Positions 37,118 to 49,165 of a DNA stretch of 64,000 nucleotides are shown here, piece by piece. Within the stretch, counting starts at the first letter, position 1. The number at the start of each line of letters is the position of its first letter. A program made the position numbers and the translations under genes. This stretch comes from Chrysemys picta bellii (Eukaryota): contig NC_088801.1 of assembly GCF_011386835.1 (NCBI RefSeq), forward strand, positions 49,228,001 to 49,292,000, read 5' to 3'. Under the pieces are notes generated by a model that did no database searches, was not told the DNA's origin, and worked only from the letters and a program-made list of their open reading frames with translations.

Positions 37118-37338
37118 GTTTCAGAGTAGCAGCCGTGTTAGTCTGTATCCGCAAAAAGAAGAACAGGAGTACTTGTGGCACCTTAGAGACTAACAAATTT
37201 ATTAGAGCATAAGCTTTCCTGGACTACAGCCCACTTCTTCGGATGCATCCGAAGAAGTGGGCTGTAGTCCAGGAAAGCTTATGCTCTAATAAATTTGTTA
37301 GTCTCTAAGGTGCCACAAGTACTCCTGTTCTTCTTTTT
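37118..37338. mobile_element. Penelope-like derivative forming a perfect 186-bp palindrome
   Basis: 37153-37245 is the exact reverse complement of 37246-37338, with no loop and centre ATG|CAT. Flanked by ttttcatacata (37103-37114 / 37336-37347). Confidence 0.92.
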
Positions 37339-37461
37339 TCATACATAGTTAGGAGAGAGTAAAAAGCCTGAGCATTTGCTCACCTTTACCACAATTGTAA
37401 TAAATAGAAACCATGACTTTTATAGGTAAAACCTCTAAGAAATGAATAAGCATAATAATGT

Positions 37462-37467
37462 TTTATT
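37462..37467 (-). terminator. Candidate distal CALCRL poly(A) signal
   Basis: Minus-strand AATAAA at the end of about 3.4 kb of repeat-poor AT-rich sequence after the CALCRL stop. Other AATAAA hexamers exist nearer the stop. Confidence 0.3.
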
Positions 37468-40400
37468 GATCAGAAAATTAATACTTTGTTTGACAACAAT
37501 TAAAATGAATGTTTCTTAGGAACAGAGTGAAAATAAGACCAAAAATAATTTCACATTTTTTCATTTTGTTCTTACTTTATAAGCAATAAATACACTGCTA
37601 TAGTCCATTAATCTTATTTACATTGTACAATAGTTTTGAATGTTGCTTGATTTCTAGCATGACTCTTTTATGACATGAAATGGTAACATAGGAGGATATA
37701 CGTTAGCATGTGTTCGGCCAAATACTCTAATAGATCATAACCTTGAAAATAATGAATGACAAAACAATTAGTAAATTAACATTTTAAAAAATGGAATCAA
37801 GTGAGCACCCAGCAGTGAGCATGACCTAACTTCTTTGTGGCATTTTATTAACTGACAGCAGTAGCATAAAAATAGACACTCTCTCTCATTTGAAGTAATA
37901 TCCATAAACATATAAAACTAATATCTTAGTATTACAGATGCCAAATACAAAATGAGATCCTAAACAAGACAGGTAGTCCCCCAACCCTCTTTGAGACTGC
38001 AAATCCTCACTGAATAACATACTAACAGTAAACTACAGTTACTATGAAATGCTTGCCTGGTAAAAAGAACTCTTAAAAAAAACCCCATAACTGTCTGTAT
38101 TCCTTCAGAGCACAGATAGTAACTATACCAGTATTTGTCCCAAACACAGTACAAAGTATGTATAAAAAAGACCATGTGAGAAATCAGCGTAAGGATTTAA
38201 TTCAAATTTATTCTGATAAAGGAGCATTTAGACCATGTTCTTGGCTCCCTGGGTATGTGAGAGGGGTATTGTAAGAAGAGGGTGTAGAGAACTTATTCTC
38301 TAATACAACAGCCATACGCAAGAAGGTCTACCTCATGCTTAGGGACAAAATGTAGCTACCACACCATTTGGCACACCATGGCCACAAAGGATTGTTTCTC
38401 ACCTGCTGCATGCTGTTTCTTTTCTAAGAGCGTACATGGCACTACATTGGGCCTGTCACCCTGAGCTGTTAGGACGGCTCTTGTACCAGAAGCTGTGAAC
38501 CTCATTCTTCCCCCCACCTTCCCAATCCACAGCTTCCTAATGGAGCTATGAGCAGCCAATACTCCCCTCTGCTAAGAAGTAAAAACCCCAGTAAAATCAG
38601 TAGAGCTGCATCATCTAACGGGAACATTAGGCCCTTAAAATTTAACCCTTCACGATTACATTGACTGCCCTTTATGGGTTAATCATGTTAGTCTGGCCAG
38701 GTACTTTTGAATTACACAGCTGCTCAAACTGTATAAAATGTTTTAAATCTGTAATGTCTGCTTGGAAGACACATGGACAAAATGGGCCAGTTCCTCCACT
38801 GGTGTAAGCCAGTGTAACTTCCTTGACTTCAAGAGAGCCATATGATTTACAGCAGCTCTGGCTCTGGTCCCATGCATGAAAGTCTGCTGGGGGTTTCAGC
38901 CAGAGTAAATTTTTTTAAATTGTTGTTCAAGCAACTTGGTCAGTAAGGACATTTGTAAGCAGCTGGTATTCACACAATGACACTGTGACGTCTGATTTCT
39001 GGCACTGGTACAAGCACAGCTTCTGAGTGACCCTCATACATTTTTTTGTCAGACTATCCACTATCAGCACAGACCTCTTGATCTGGGCAACTGAGATTCT
39101 AGCTTATTATGATTAATATTAATCCACCGACTAAAGGCTTTTCTTCTACATTAAATCACCAGCCAATAGAAGGTTTAAACGTATACATAAAGTTGCAAAT
39201 GACTGTGATGAAGACAAAAACTATTCACATTCTTATGAAATCTCAAACTGAAAAGCCTTATGATGGTTGGCTAATTAGCTGTCTATTGAAGTCTGTTAGA
39301 AGACTAATGACATATCACCCTTAAAGGCTAAAACTGAATTTTTCATATTCACTAATAAGCCTTTAAAACTGAGATGTTCTGAAAAAGTATTTTTTAAGCC
39401 TCTGGTGTTGGTTTTAATGAATCAGAAATACTTTTGCATGCAATATTCTACCATCCACAGTACTAGATTGTTCATCCATTTCTGTTTATTTCACTTTATT
39501 CAGCCTTAAAAAATACTTTTAAATAAGACTTTTTGAGAACTAAAGTAACCTCTTATCATGTGCCCCCCTTTTGATTTTTCTTCCCTTGTATTGAAAATAC
39601 ACTATTTGTTTAAAACATAAAACATTTAAAAACACACATAAAATGCTGTCTTTAAAGACATATTTTTCTTAAGACCTTAACAGATTCAAGCCTTATACAA
39701 TCAATCACCACAAAATAATACTGAATTTCCCAAACAAGGCACTTCAGAAAGGCTCCAAAGGATTTTCATAATAGACTTGATAAGTTTTCCAAAAACCACT
39801 GGAAAATGCCCCAAGCCACCTTTTCTTATTACTCTAGGCTAGGCTAAAGAAGCTGGCTCTACGATAATATTTATTTGCATGTCATCCAGTCTTGCATGCC
39901 TTTCTCAGCCAAAACTCCCACTGTATCAATGGGATTTGTTTTGCCTGATTGATAAACTAAGGAGCCAGGTATCAGGCATGTGGCAAGGAAAATATTTTTT
40001 TTACATGTATGCAATCTTGCTCTAAATCAGCAATCCTGCTTGACTTTTAAAAACAGCTTAAGCACTAGTTTAAGTTCCATCAAAGTCAAAGATAAAGATG
40101 GGCTTATCAGCTTTTCCAGATCAGGATCTCACTGGTCCTGCTCCCATTAAAGTCAATAAGAAACTTCCATTTACGTCATTAGTGGCAGGATCAGGCTGTC
40201 TGTATACTAACTAAAATAATTAAAAACATCTTGTAAAATTTTACATTGCAGAATAGAAGCAGCTGGGGTTTCATCCCTCAGATTTCGGGCATTGGCATCT
40301 GGATGCCTTTACAATATGCCTGGTTTAAAATAGTGGCAAAAAATGAGCCAGATACATATCAACATCTCAGACTCAATTATCTTCAACAATCTGTCTTTCC

Positions 40401-40844
40401 TGACAGAGTTCAATCTTAACCACTGATTTAGGTTGTGTGTACTGGCTGAATTTAGCAAATATATTATGATTAAGACAGTATTTACAAGATGAGTTCTTGC
40501 AGGTAAATGAAATGGCTTTCAATACAACACAGTCTTTACACAAACTTTCAAGAAAATAAGAAATCCTTCATTGATTCCCTGCGTACAAATAATTGCCAAC
40601 TTGGTCTACACAGTAGAAACAGAAGAGGCAAAGTCTGGTTCGTTATATATGTACTTATATCTATGTATGAACATATATGTGCATATGTATATACACATGA
40701 GAAATGCATTGTCTTAAGTTTGCATCATTCAGGAAAAACATGTCCCAAGTGAGGTAAAAATCTTCTGGCCACGAAGTCATTAACTCAAACTTCAAGTTCA
40801 TGAACTATGAGGACTAGAATGCGGGCAATACAGCATTTCTGCAG

Positions 40845-41066
40845 TCAACCATACAGCTTTTCAGCTTTTAAAACAATATTCTCCATGTCATGGTAGCTTT
40901 TTCCATTTAAATGTTCATTCGTGAAATCGTGATTGAAGCTGTAGCCCTGAACATCACTGATGGATGATACCGTGTAGGAAGCTGTGCGCATAGTATCTGA
41001 GTGAGTGAAGCTGTGGTCAAATTGCATTCTGTACTGATTCCAGTGCCTTCTCAAAACAGCTTGGAC
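40845..41066 (-). CDS. CALCRL: CALCRL terminal coding exon (helix 8 and C-tail): [73 protein letters not shown]
   Basis: Matches the recalled CALCRL (not CALCR) C-terminus (ASYTVS.ISD, EHLNGK). Acceptor gaatag|, phase 0, TGA at 40845-40847. Confidence 0.95.
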   Translation of the reverse strand, partial: VQAVLRRHWNQYRMQFDHSFTHSDTMRTASYTVSSISDVQGYSFNHDFTNEHLNGKSYHDMENIVLKAEKLYG

Positions 41067-43134
41067 CTATTCCATGAAAGGAAGAGGGAAAAAATGTGTA
41101 TAAATTACCTGGAAAGATGCCTTATGTGCTGGCCTTAAAAATTAGTATACAGCATCAAAATCATGGGCTATTATGAAAGAAATACAAATTGAATTAGGCT
41201 ATATTTTTGATAAACCCGGACTAATATCATTATATATGCATTTTTAATACATTCAGTGCTCATGAAAGATTTTGGATTTATAGCTCCAGAGAGTAGACTA
41301 TTCTATACCATGGGCCACAGAAGTTTTCACACACTGCCTCAACCCTAATGTGGTTAGCCAATGGTTATCTGTATTCATGATTAATATGGTGAGATCCTCA
41401 GCAACATCAGTTGATATAACTCCACTGAAGTCCAATTTACAGCAGCTGAGGGTCTGGGCCAATAAGTTTTCTCTTATTTGTGATCAAGCCTTCATAAAAC
41501 TAATGGCAAGGTAGTTTCAGCACATGTTCTTAGCCTGGTTAAAAATAAATTTAATAGAATAGCCAAAGAACACAGCAGCATCAGTTTGTTTACATGCTTC
41601 ATTGTGAGAATGTTATGTATTTCATTGGTTTCCTCTAATACAATATGGCAAAACACCTGTGCAACAGGAAGACTGGATTTACTGAAGTGCTGTGTTATTG
41701 AAATTCACATGGAATTAGTTTTTGAGGGAACGAGGCCAAGTCAGGAGTGATCAGAATGCTGGAACAGCTGCTGCTAGGAAAATCAAATTTATGGAAAGTC
41801 TTAATTTATGTTTTTGCTCAGACTTAAGCATCAGGGATTATGTATTAGTCCTACCACTTAACTATATTATGGACCAAAGTGAACATTCACTTTGTAGTTA
41901 CAGGAGAGATCAAGTTTTAGCCCTGTGGACCTGAATTCCTTCTCATCTACATCCTAGCTTCCTTTTTTACACAAGCAAAATACCGGGTGCCTAAGTGCTA
42001 AGTTGTGTCAGAGTTATTTGCAGCTGTTAACAATGGGCACTAAAAAGGATACCACGTGTTAAAGATCTGGTCCTATCTGATTAGCATTTAATGTAATGGC
42101 AGTAGCTTAATTATTCATTTCCTTTTGGCCAAAATTTTCAAACTAATACTTATGGGTTCCTAACTTGTGATGAGCCTGCTTTTCATAAAATACTGAGATG
42201 TAGTTGTCTTGACACAGGACCCATGTGTCTCAAGTTAGCACTCAAATCGCCAGCCACATGGGAAAATCTTGCCCTTCATTTTTATGTTGTCAGATTTACT
42301 GATGTATATCCATTTGGAATATAAACCAACATTTGCAGATGGATCAGTGTCTGTTAACAAATTATTATTATGGGGCAACATCTTCCATTCAGCTTTCCTT
42401 ATGTCTTGAGATTTTCGTTTGTTTAGTTTACATTTTCTAACACAATGGCTTATTTTGTCTAATTTCTCTCTGGCTTTAATTATGATAAATAAATACAAAT
42501 AGAACAGTGCAGACACAACAGTTAGACTTCCTGTAGTCTGCTATCAAAACCTCAGTTAAAAAGAGTTTCATATTCTCCAGTATGCTGGCAAATAAAATAT
42601 ACTTTGGGGAGTGGAGAATTGTTGAAAAAGTTAAGAAGAAAGCTGTATTTTTCTTCTTCCATCTGGGACACCATCTACTGTATGAGAATCCATTATAATC
42701 CATTTTATTCACCTTGCTCTTGCTACACAAAAGAGCATATATTCTTCTCAGTCTGTGTATGCAGTTCCAGTTCATGTCAAAGGGAATTCCACACATGGAT
42801 TAAGGTTGGTGTGCAGCCTTCATTTTTTGCAGTGGTGAAACCACTTCAATCAGGTGGAGCTATGAGGCAGAAGAATGTTCTAAAATATCTTCCCTTCTGA
42901 GAGGGAAGCTTTAGAATGCATTTTATAATCCATACAAAACTTAGCTGCTCAGAGCCATCACTCTGACCATGCCACCCCACACTTTGAATATTTCTACTGG
43001 CTTCCTGTTTTCCACCAGGTATTATATATACTTATAAATAAGAGAGAAAACCACAACACTGGGTTGATTTGAAGCAAAAAGTTGCACACCTCCCTTAACT
43101 ATGCAGATACAGACTAAGACGATGGGAAAGAGAA

Positions 43135-43278
43135 ATTGTTATTATTTCCATTTACTGATAGGCACAGAGAAACTGAGTGACTTGCTCAAATTCACCCAGG
43201 AATTCTATGGCAGAGCTAGGAATTGATCCAGAATGGATAATCTTAGTTCTGGACTAGTGTCTTAATTACAAGACCATC
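43135..43278 (-). mobile_element. MIR/CORE-SINE remnant
   Basis: attatttccatttactga...gaaactgagtgacttgctcaaattcacccagg...ggcagagctaggaattgatcc. Confidence 0.6.
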
Positions 43279-44993
43279 AGTACCCTCATCCTCTTTTCCA
43301 CCTTCCTTCCTGTTTGTCACACTTGTTGAATCTTCTCTTCAATTAGATTGTAAACTTTTTGGGGCAGGAACCAAGTTTGTAACATCTTTAACACTATTGC
43401 AATACAAATCAATATTAATTTTCTTCTCCCTCCCCACACCTCCAGGCTCCAACATATTCTCATGGTATTTCTTTCTACACTAAGCCAAGTCTTTTTAATC
43501 TCTCATGCAATAGCCCCTCCGTTACTGTTAAATGAACATCCCACTACCAGTCTATTCTTGTAATTCTCTTGTTTACCTATCCATTATTTCTGGCTTTCCT
43601 GCAGTCTCATCTAACATGTCTAATCCAACACCTAGGAACTGCACAGCAGACGGCTAATCAATGCAGCAGCAAAGTTTTACCCCAGATTATGCTCCTTTAG
43701 CCAAAGATACATACAGAGTGGTCAAAGGACTTTATCATCCTTTTCTCAGCTTTGAAGAATTCTAAATAGTTTTAGCAGACAGTGGGCTCGCTCTCTTACA
43801 TGCAAATAACACAGTCAAAAAACACCCTAAAATAAGCTCATATTGCAAAGTATATATAGTCATGGCCATAGTTCCTGGTCACTAATACATGTGCCCTGTC
43901 TGGCTGTATGGCTCTTGCTTTTCTCCCTAGTTTAAAGATGTCCCTCTGTGCTGGCTGTTGGGGCAATGCTCCTGCCAGTCTCCTGTTCAACTGAATATGA
44001 CCTAACCAAACCAGTGGTTTAATCCAAAATTCACTGAAATCAATAGGAATTTTTCCACTGACTTCAATGAGGTCTGTATCAGGCCCACTGAAGCTTAGTC
44101 TGCTCCAAACACCCACTGTGATTGCAGACCATGATACGCTCTATGTTAGAGCATGTATCTGAGTGTCTGGCATAGCGGTTTTCTGCTGGTAAAGTGATGC
44201 TATTGTCCATGGCAATTGGGAAACCCCGGCATATGGATAAAGAAAAGATATTGCTTCCCAACAATTCTTATACCTCAATCTTTACTGTAAAGACTTTTCC
44301 ATTGCCCAAAGGAATGGAAAATCCACGTGCCATTAATAATAAAGAAATTCACAGCAGATGCAGATTCCTTATTCACTGTTATTCCGTATAGCTACACAAA
44401 CTGCACGTGCATGTTGCCACTTCTCTAGGATGCCTAGCATTCTGCAAATTATAATGAGGTGTTGCTATGCCAAGTGATGTTAAAGGGACATATCGTAGAT
44501 AAGACATATCAAGTTAAAGACTGTTATAACAGAGGCCCTTAAGGACAGAAGATTATGAATTATGTCTGCAGAATGTCATGTCTGCAGCAGAATCTAGTAA
44601 GAGACCAAGAGAACATTCGTTGAGTGCAGATTTTTGTATGATTTGTCAATCCCCCCTTGATCCGTTATACCTTACTATACTATCCTTTTTATAGCAAGAT
44701 TTAATGAAATTATAGCCAGCTGAAAAAAAGTAGAATAGTGCCACTGGAAGACCTAAAGACGATAGGAAACAATGTTTAAAACATAAGATTCTGCACAATG
44801 CGATGTAAATGGACAAAGATCAGCTAAGATTAAAATTGTGGGCCAGATGTCAAGATGATTTATGGCCCTTTTATGTGATTCAGGTGATGCTAAGTGGCTG
44901 TAATCTGTCCACAAATGCCCAGCAGAAAATTCCCTTGTTTGAGGGGAACTCCCTGCTAGTACATCTGCTTGTAGAGGCATGGCAGGGCTAAGC

Positions 44994-45955
44994 TAGGGTT
45001 ACCATATTTTGTGCCTCCAAATGGAGGACACTCCCCGGGGCCCTGGCCCCGCCCCCAGCCCCGCCCACGCCCCCGCCCCAACTCCGCCCGCTCCCAAAGT
45101 CTCCGCCCCTCCCCTGCTTCCCGCGAACATTTAATTCGCGGGAAGCCTGAAGCAGGTAAGGGGGGCGGGGGGGAGGAAGCGCGGCCCAGGCTGGCCCCCC
45201 GGCGGCTCCAGCCTGGGTTGGCTCGGGCCCTGGGGTGCCGGCCCCGACCGACCACCCCCCCGCGGGCCCGGCGGACCCCCCGGCTCCCAGCCCCGGCCCC
45301 GGCGCACCGACCCCGACCCCGGCTCCCGACCCCGGCTGCCGGCCCCCCGACCCCGGCCCCGGCTGCCGGCCCCCCGACCCCGGCCCTGGCGCACCGACCC
45401 CGGCCCCGGCGCGCCGGCCCCGACCCCGGGCCCGGCGCACCGACCCCGGCCCCGGGCCCGGCGCACCGACCCCGGCCCCGGGCCCGGCGCACCGACCCCG
45501 GCCCCGGCTGCCGGCCCCGGCTGCCGGCCCCGCGGGCCCGGCGCACCGGCCCCGGCCCCGGCTGCCGGCCCTGCGGGCCCGGCGCACCGGCCCCGGCCGC
45601 CGGCCCCGCGAGCCCGGCGCACCGGCCCCGGCCCCGGCTGCCGGCCCCGCGGGCCCGGCGCACCGACCCCGGCCCGGCTGTCGGCCCCGCGGGCCCGGCG
45701 CACCCCCGGCCCGGCTCCCCGACCCGGCCCCACGGGCCCGGACCGGCTCCCCGGACCGGCTCCCGGCCCCACGGGCCCGGCCCGGCACCGCGCTCCCGGC
45801 CCGGCACCATGCCCCCGACCCCGGACAAAGAGGCCCCGGCCGAGCCTCCCGATTTTTCCGGACATGCCCAGCTTTGGGGGATTTCCCCCCGGACGGGGAT
45901 TTGAGCCCCCAAAAGCCGGACATGTCCGGGAAAATCCGGACGTATGGTAACCCTA
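44994..45955. mobile_element. Young non-autonomous hAT-type element with a GC-rich internal array, in the last CALCRL intron
   Basis: 13-bp TIR tagggttaccata / tatggtaacccta. Direct repeat gctaagc(t) on both sides (44987-44993 / 45956-45962). Confidence 0.85.
45240..45830. repeat. Extremely GC-rich CCCCGG/CCCGG array with a 26-bp higher-order unit
   Basis: gaccccggccccgggcccggcgcacc starts at 45442 and 45468 (partial third copy at 45494). Few A/T; CpGs not decayed. Confidence 0.9.
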
Positions 45956-46845
45956 GCTAAGCTTTGTTACACTGATCCTCCAGCAACGTAAGGCCCATTA
46001 AGGATGCTAAATTAGTGGTATAACTGACAGCTGCCCAACTCCCTGACACTGAACAGAGCTCTGGGTCAGGAGAGAATACGGCCGAAGAATAGATTGTAAA
46101 TTCATAATATTGGAACCCTAATAGAATAAATAATTGATTACTAATGCTAATAGAGCAAGTTTTAAATTTAAAATCACAAATAGATTTGATTTTGTTCTGC
46201 AGTGGAATGGAAACATCGTTAAGAGGTGCACATAAATTAAAAATAATTATAGCTGATCAAAGGACAGCAATTCCATTTTGTTCTTGTTTCACAGTAGAAC
46301 AAAACTAAAACCATTCAAATGTTTGCACAAAAATGTAATTCTGTCAAATTATCCATTTTCAGATCAAAACCTGAACTTTTCAATTGAGGAGGGCAGGAGA
46401 GGGGCAGTGATTATGGCACAATGATGTGGGAGGTGATCCAATCAGATTCAGAATCATCTGTGATGAAAAACTCTGCTCTGAAACAGGCAGAAGAGCAGGG
46501 ACTTAAACTATGGTCTACCACATCCCAGGGCAGTGCGTTAATGACAAGACTACCAACTATGAGCGTGTCTCTCACTCCCCAACAGGGATTTCCTCAAAGC
46601 TGATATGTGTCTGCAAAATGTTCCAGATTCAGCAAAACAGCATATTTTGGCACAACATAATTTGGTCAAAAATGTTCTGACCAGCTCCAAAAATAACGGA
46701 GAGAGAAACTTATCCAAACCATAAGAAACTTGCAGTTCAGTTTTGCTTAGTTCAGATTTTGGGTGTGCATTTGAGTCAATTCTTCTCTATTAGGCAAATG
46801 ATTTATCTGTCTCTCACACATTCTTAAAATGCCTAATAAAAATAC

Positions 46846-48500
46846 GAGGGCAGTTGATTAATCACAGTTAACTCACGTGATTAACTCAAAAAAATTAATC
46901 ATGATTTAAAAAATTAATCGCAATTAATCGCAGTTTCAATCACACTGTTAAACAATGCCATTTAAAATGTATTCAATATTTTGGATGTTTTTCTACATTT
47001 TCATATATATTGTATTCTGTGTTGCAATTGAAATCAAAATGTATATTATTTTTGATTACAAATATTTGCACTGTAAAAATTATAAACAAAAGAAATAGTA
47101 TTTTTCAATTCACTTCATACAAGTCCTGTAGTGCAATCTCTTTGTCGTGAAAGTGCAACTTACAAATGTTGATTTTTTTTTAAATAACTACACTCAAAAA
47201 CAAAACAATGTAAAACTTCAGAGCCTGCAAGTCCACTCAGTCCTACTTCTTGTTCAGCCAAGCGCTAAGACAAACAAGTTTGTTTACATTTACAGGAGAT
47301 AGTGCTGCCCTCTTCTTATTTACAATATCACCAGAAAGTGAGAACAGGCATTTGCATGGCAATTTTGTAACTGGCATTGCAAGGTATTTATGAGCCAGAT
47401 ATACTAAACATTCGTAAGCCCCTTCATGCTTTGGCCACCATTCCAGAGGACATGGTTCCATGCTGATAATGCTCATTAAAAAAATAATGTGTTAATTTAA
47501 TTTGTGACTGAACCCCTTAGGGGAGAATTGTATGTCCCCTGCTCTGTTTTACCCACATTCTGCCATATATTTCATGTTGTAGAAGTCTTGGATGATGACC
47601 CAGCACATTTTGTTCATTTTAAGAACACTTTCACTACAGGTTTGACAAAATGCAAAGAAGGTACCAATGTGAGATTTTTAAAGATAGCTACAGCACTCAA
47701 CCCAAGATTTAAGAATCTGAAATGCCTTCAAAATCTAAGAGGGACGAGGTGTGGAGCATGCTTTCAGAAGTCTTAAAAGAGCAACACTCCAATGCGGAAA
47801 CTACAGAACCACAACAACCAAAAAAGAAAATCAACCTTCTGCTGCTGGCATCTGACTCAAGATAATGAAAAGGAACATACGTCAAACTGCACTGCTGTGG
47901 ATTGTTATCAAGCAAACCTGTCATCAGCATGGATGCATGTCACCTGGAATGGTGGTTGAAGCATGAAGGGACATATGAATCTTTAGCGCATCTGGCATGT
48001 AAATTTCTTGTGACACTGGCTACAACAGTGCCACAAGAATGCCTGTTTTCAATTTCAGGTGACACTGTAAACAAGAAGCGAGCAGCATTATCTCCTGCAA
48101 ATGTAAACAAACTTGTTTATCTGAGCGATTGGCTGAACAAGAAGTAGGACTGAGTGGACTTGTAGGCTCTAAAATTTTACATTGTTTTATTTTTGAATGC
48201 AGTTTTTTGTACATATTTCTACATTTGTAAGTTCAACTTTCATGATAAAGAGATTACACTACAGTACTTTATTAGGTGAATTGAAAAATACTATTTCGTT
48301 TAGTTTTTTACAGTGCAAATACTTGTAATCAAAAATAAATATAAAGTGAGCACTATATACTTTGTATTCTGTGTTGTAATTGAAATCAATATATTTGAAA
48401 ATGTAGAAGACATCCAAAAATATTTAAATAAATGGTATTCCATTATTGTTTAACAGTGCAATTAATTGTGATTAATTTTTTTAATTGCTTGACAACCCTA
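46846..48500. mobile_element. Fold-back non-autonomous hAT (ZBED1/Tramp-like) element
   Basis: TIRs (g)agggcagttga / ttgacaacccta, exact 8-bp TSD aaaaatac (46838-46845 / 48501-48508). Two opposed copies of the hAT dimerisation region (LEWW.KHEG...CLFS.SGD.VNKKRAALSP.NVNKLV) plus FLKIATALNPRFK. Confidence 0.92.
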
Positions 48501-48796
48501 AAAAATACCTAAAGGCCCAATCCTACAAACTCTTACTCCCACACATCTGCTTACTCACATATACTGTAATTGAACTATGTGTGGGAATAAGCAGTTGTGT
48601 AGAAATAGGTACCAGCTGGATCAGTAACTGTCTCCCTGATACAACTATGGGAAAAATACCAAATTGCTTTATATTGCTAGTGAAAACAAAACTGATGGCA
48701 AAGCACCATTAACTTCTATGATTCAGGGTCAGGGCCTTAGCCACTGAAGATTTAGGGCACAGTCCTTCAACTTCAGAAGGAGCAAGTATGTGCCCT

Positions 48797-49165
48797 CAGT
48801 AGTACAGTTGCCAACTTTCACGTGGTAAATAAGCACCCCAACTTTCACAATAAGCCAAAAATCAAGCTAATCCCATTTCAAAACAAGGCCAAAACAAGCC
48901 AATCCCCAAGAACCCCAATACTCTATGTGACTAGATCCCCCCGAGTGTGCAGTCTGGGATGGTGGCGGGCCCACTGTGCACCCCTGACTCTCTCCTCCCC
49001 TTTCCCCTGCTTGCCCTGAACCGATCAAAAAAAGAAGCAACAAGCTAGAAGCCAAACAAGCTACAAACCAAAATCTAGCTAACAAGCAACTCACAAGCCA
49101 ATTAACCCAAAAACCAGCCAATTAAGCCAAAAACAAAAAAATTTTTTTTGCAGGTTTGGCATGCC
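48797..49165. mobile_element. Probable hAT-type MITE
   Basis: Left ...cagttgccaac, right gtttggcatgcctg, internal aagcc(a/t) repeats. No clear TSD. Confidence 0.4.

Noticed and set aside
44956-45960. Five long overlapping ORFs (241-318 aa) as a protein-coding gene
   Set aside because: They are open only because the GC-rich array lacks stop codons; the sequence lies inside a TIR/TSD-bounded element.
47243-48147. hAT ORFs as a domesticated ZBED gene
   Set aside because: Fragmented by frameshifts and stops, duplicated in opposite orientations, and bounded by TIRs and a TSD.
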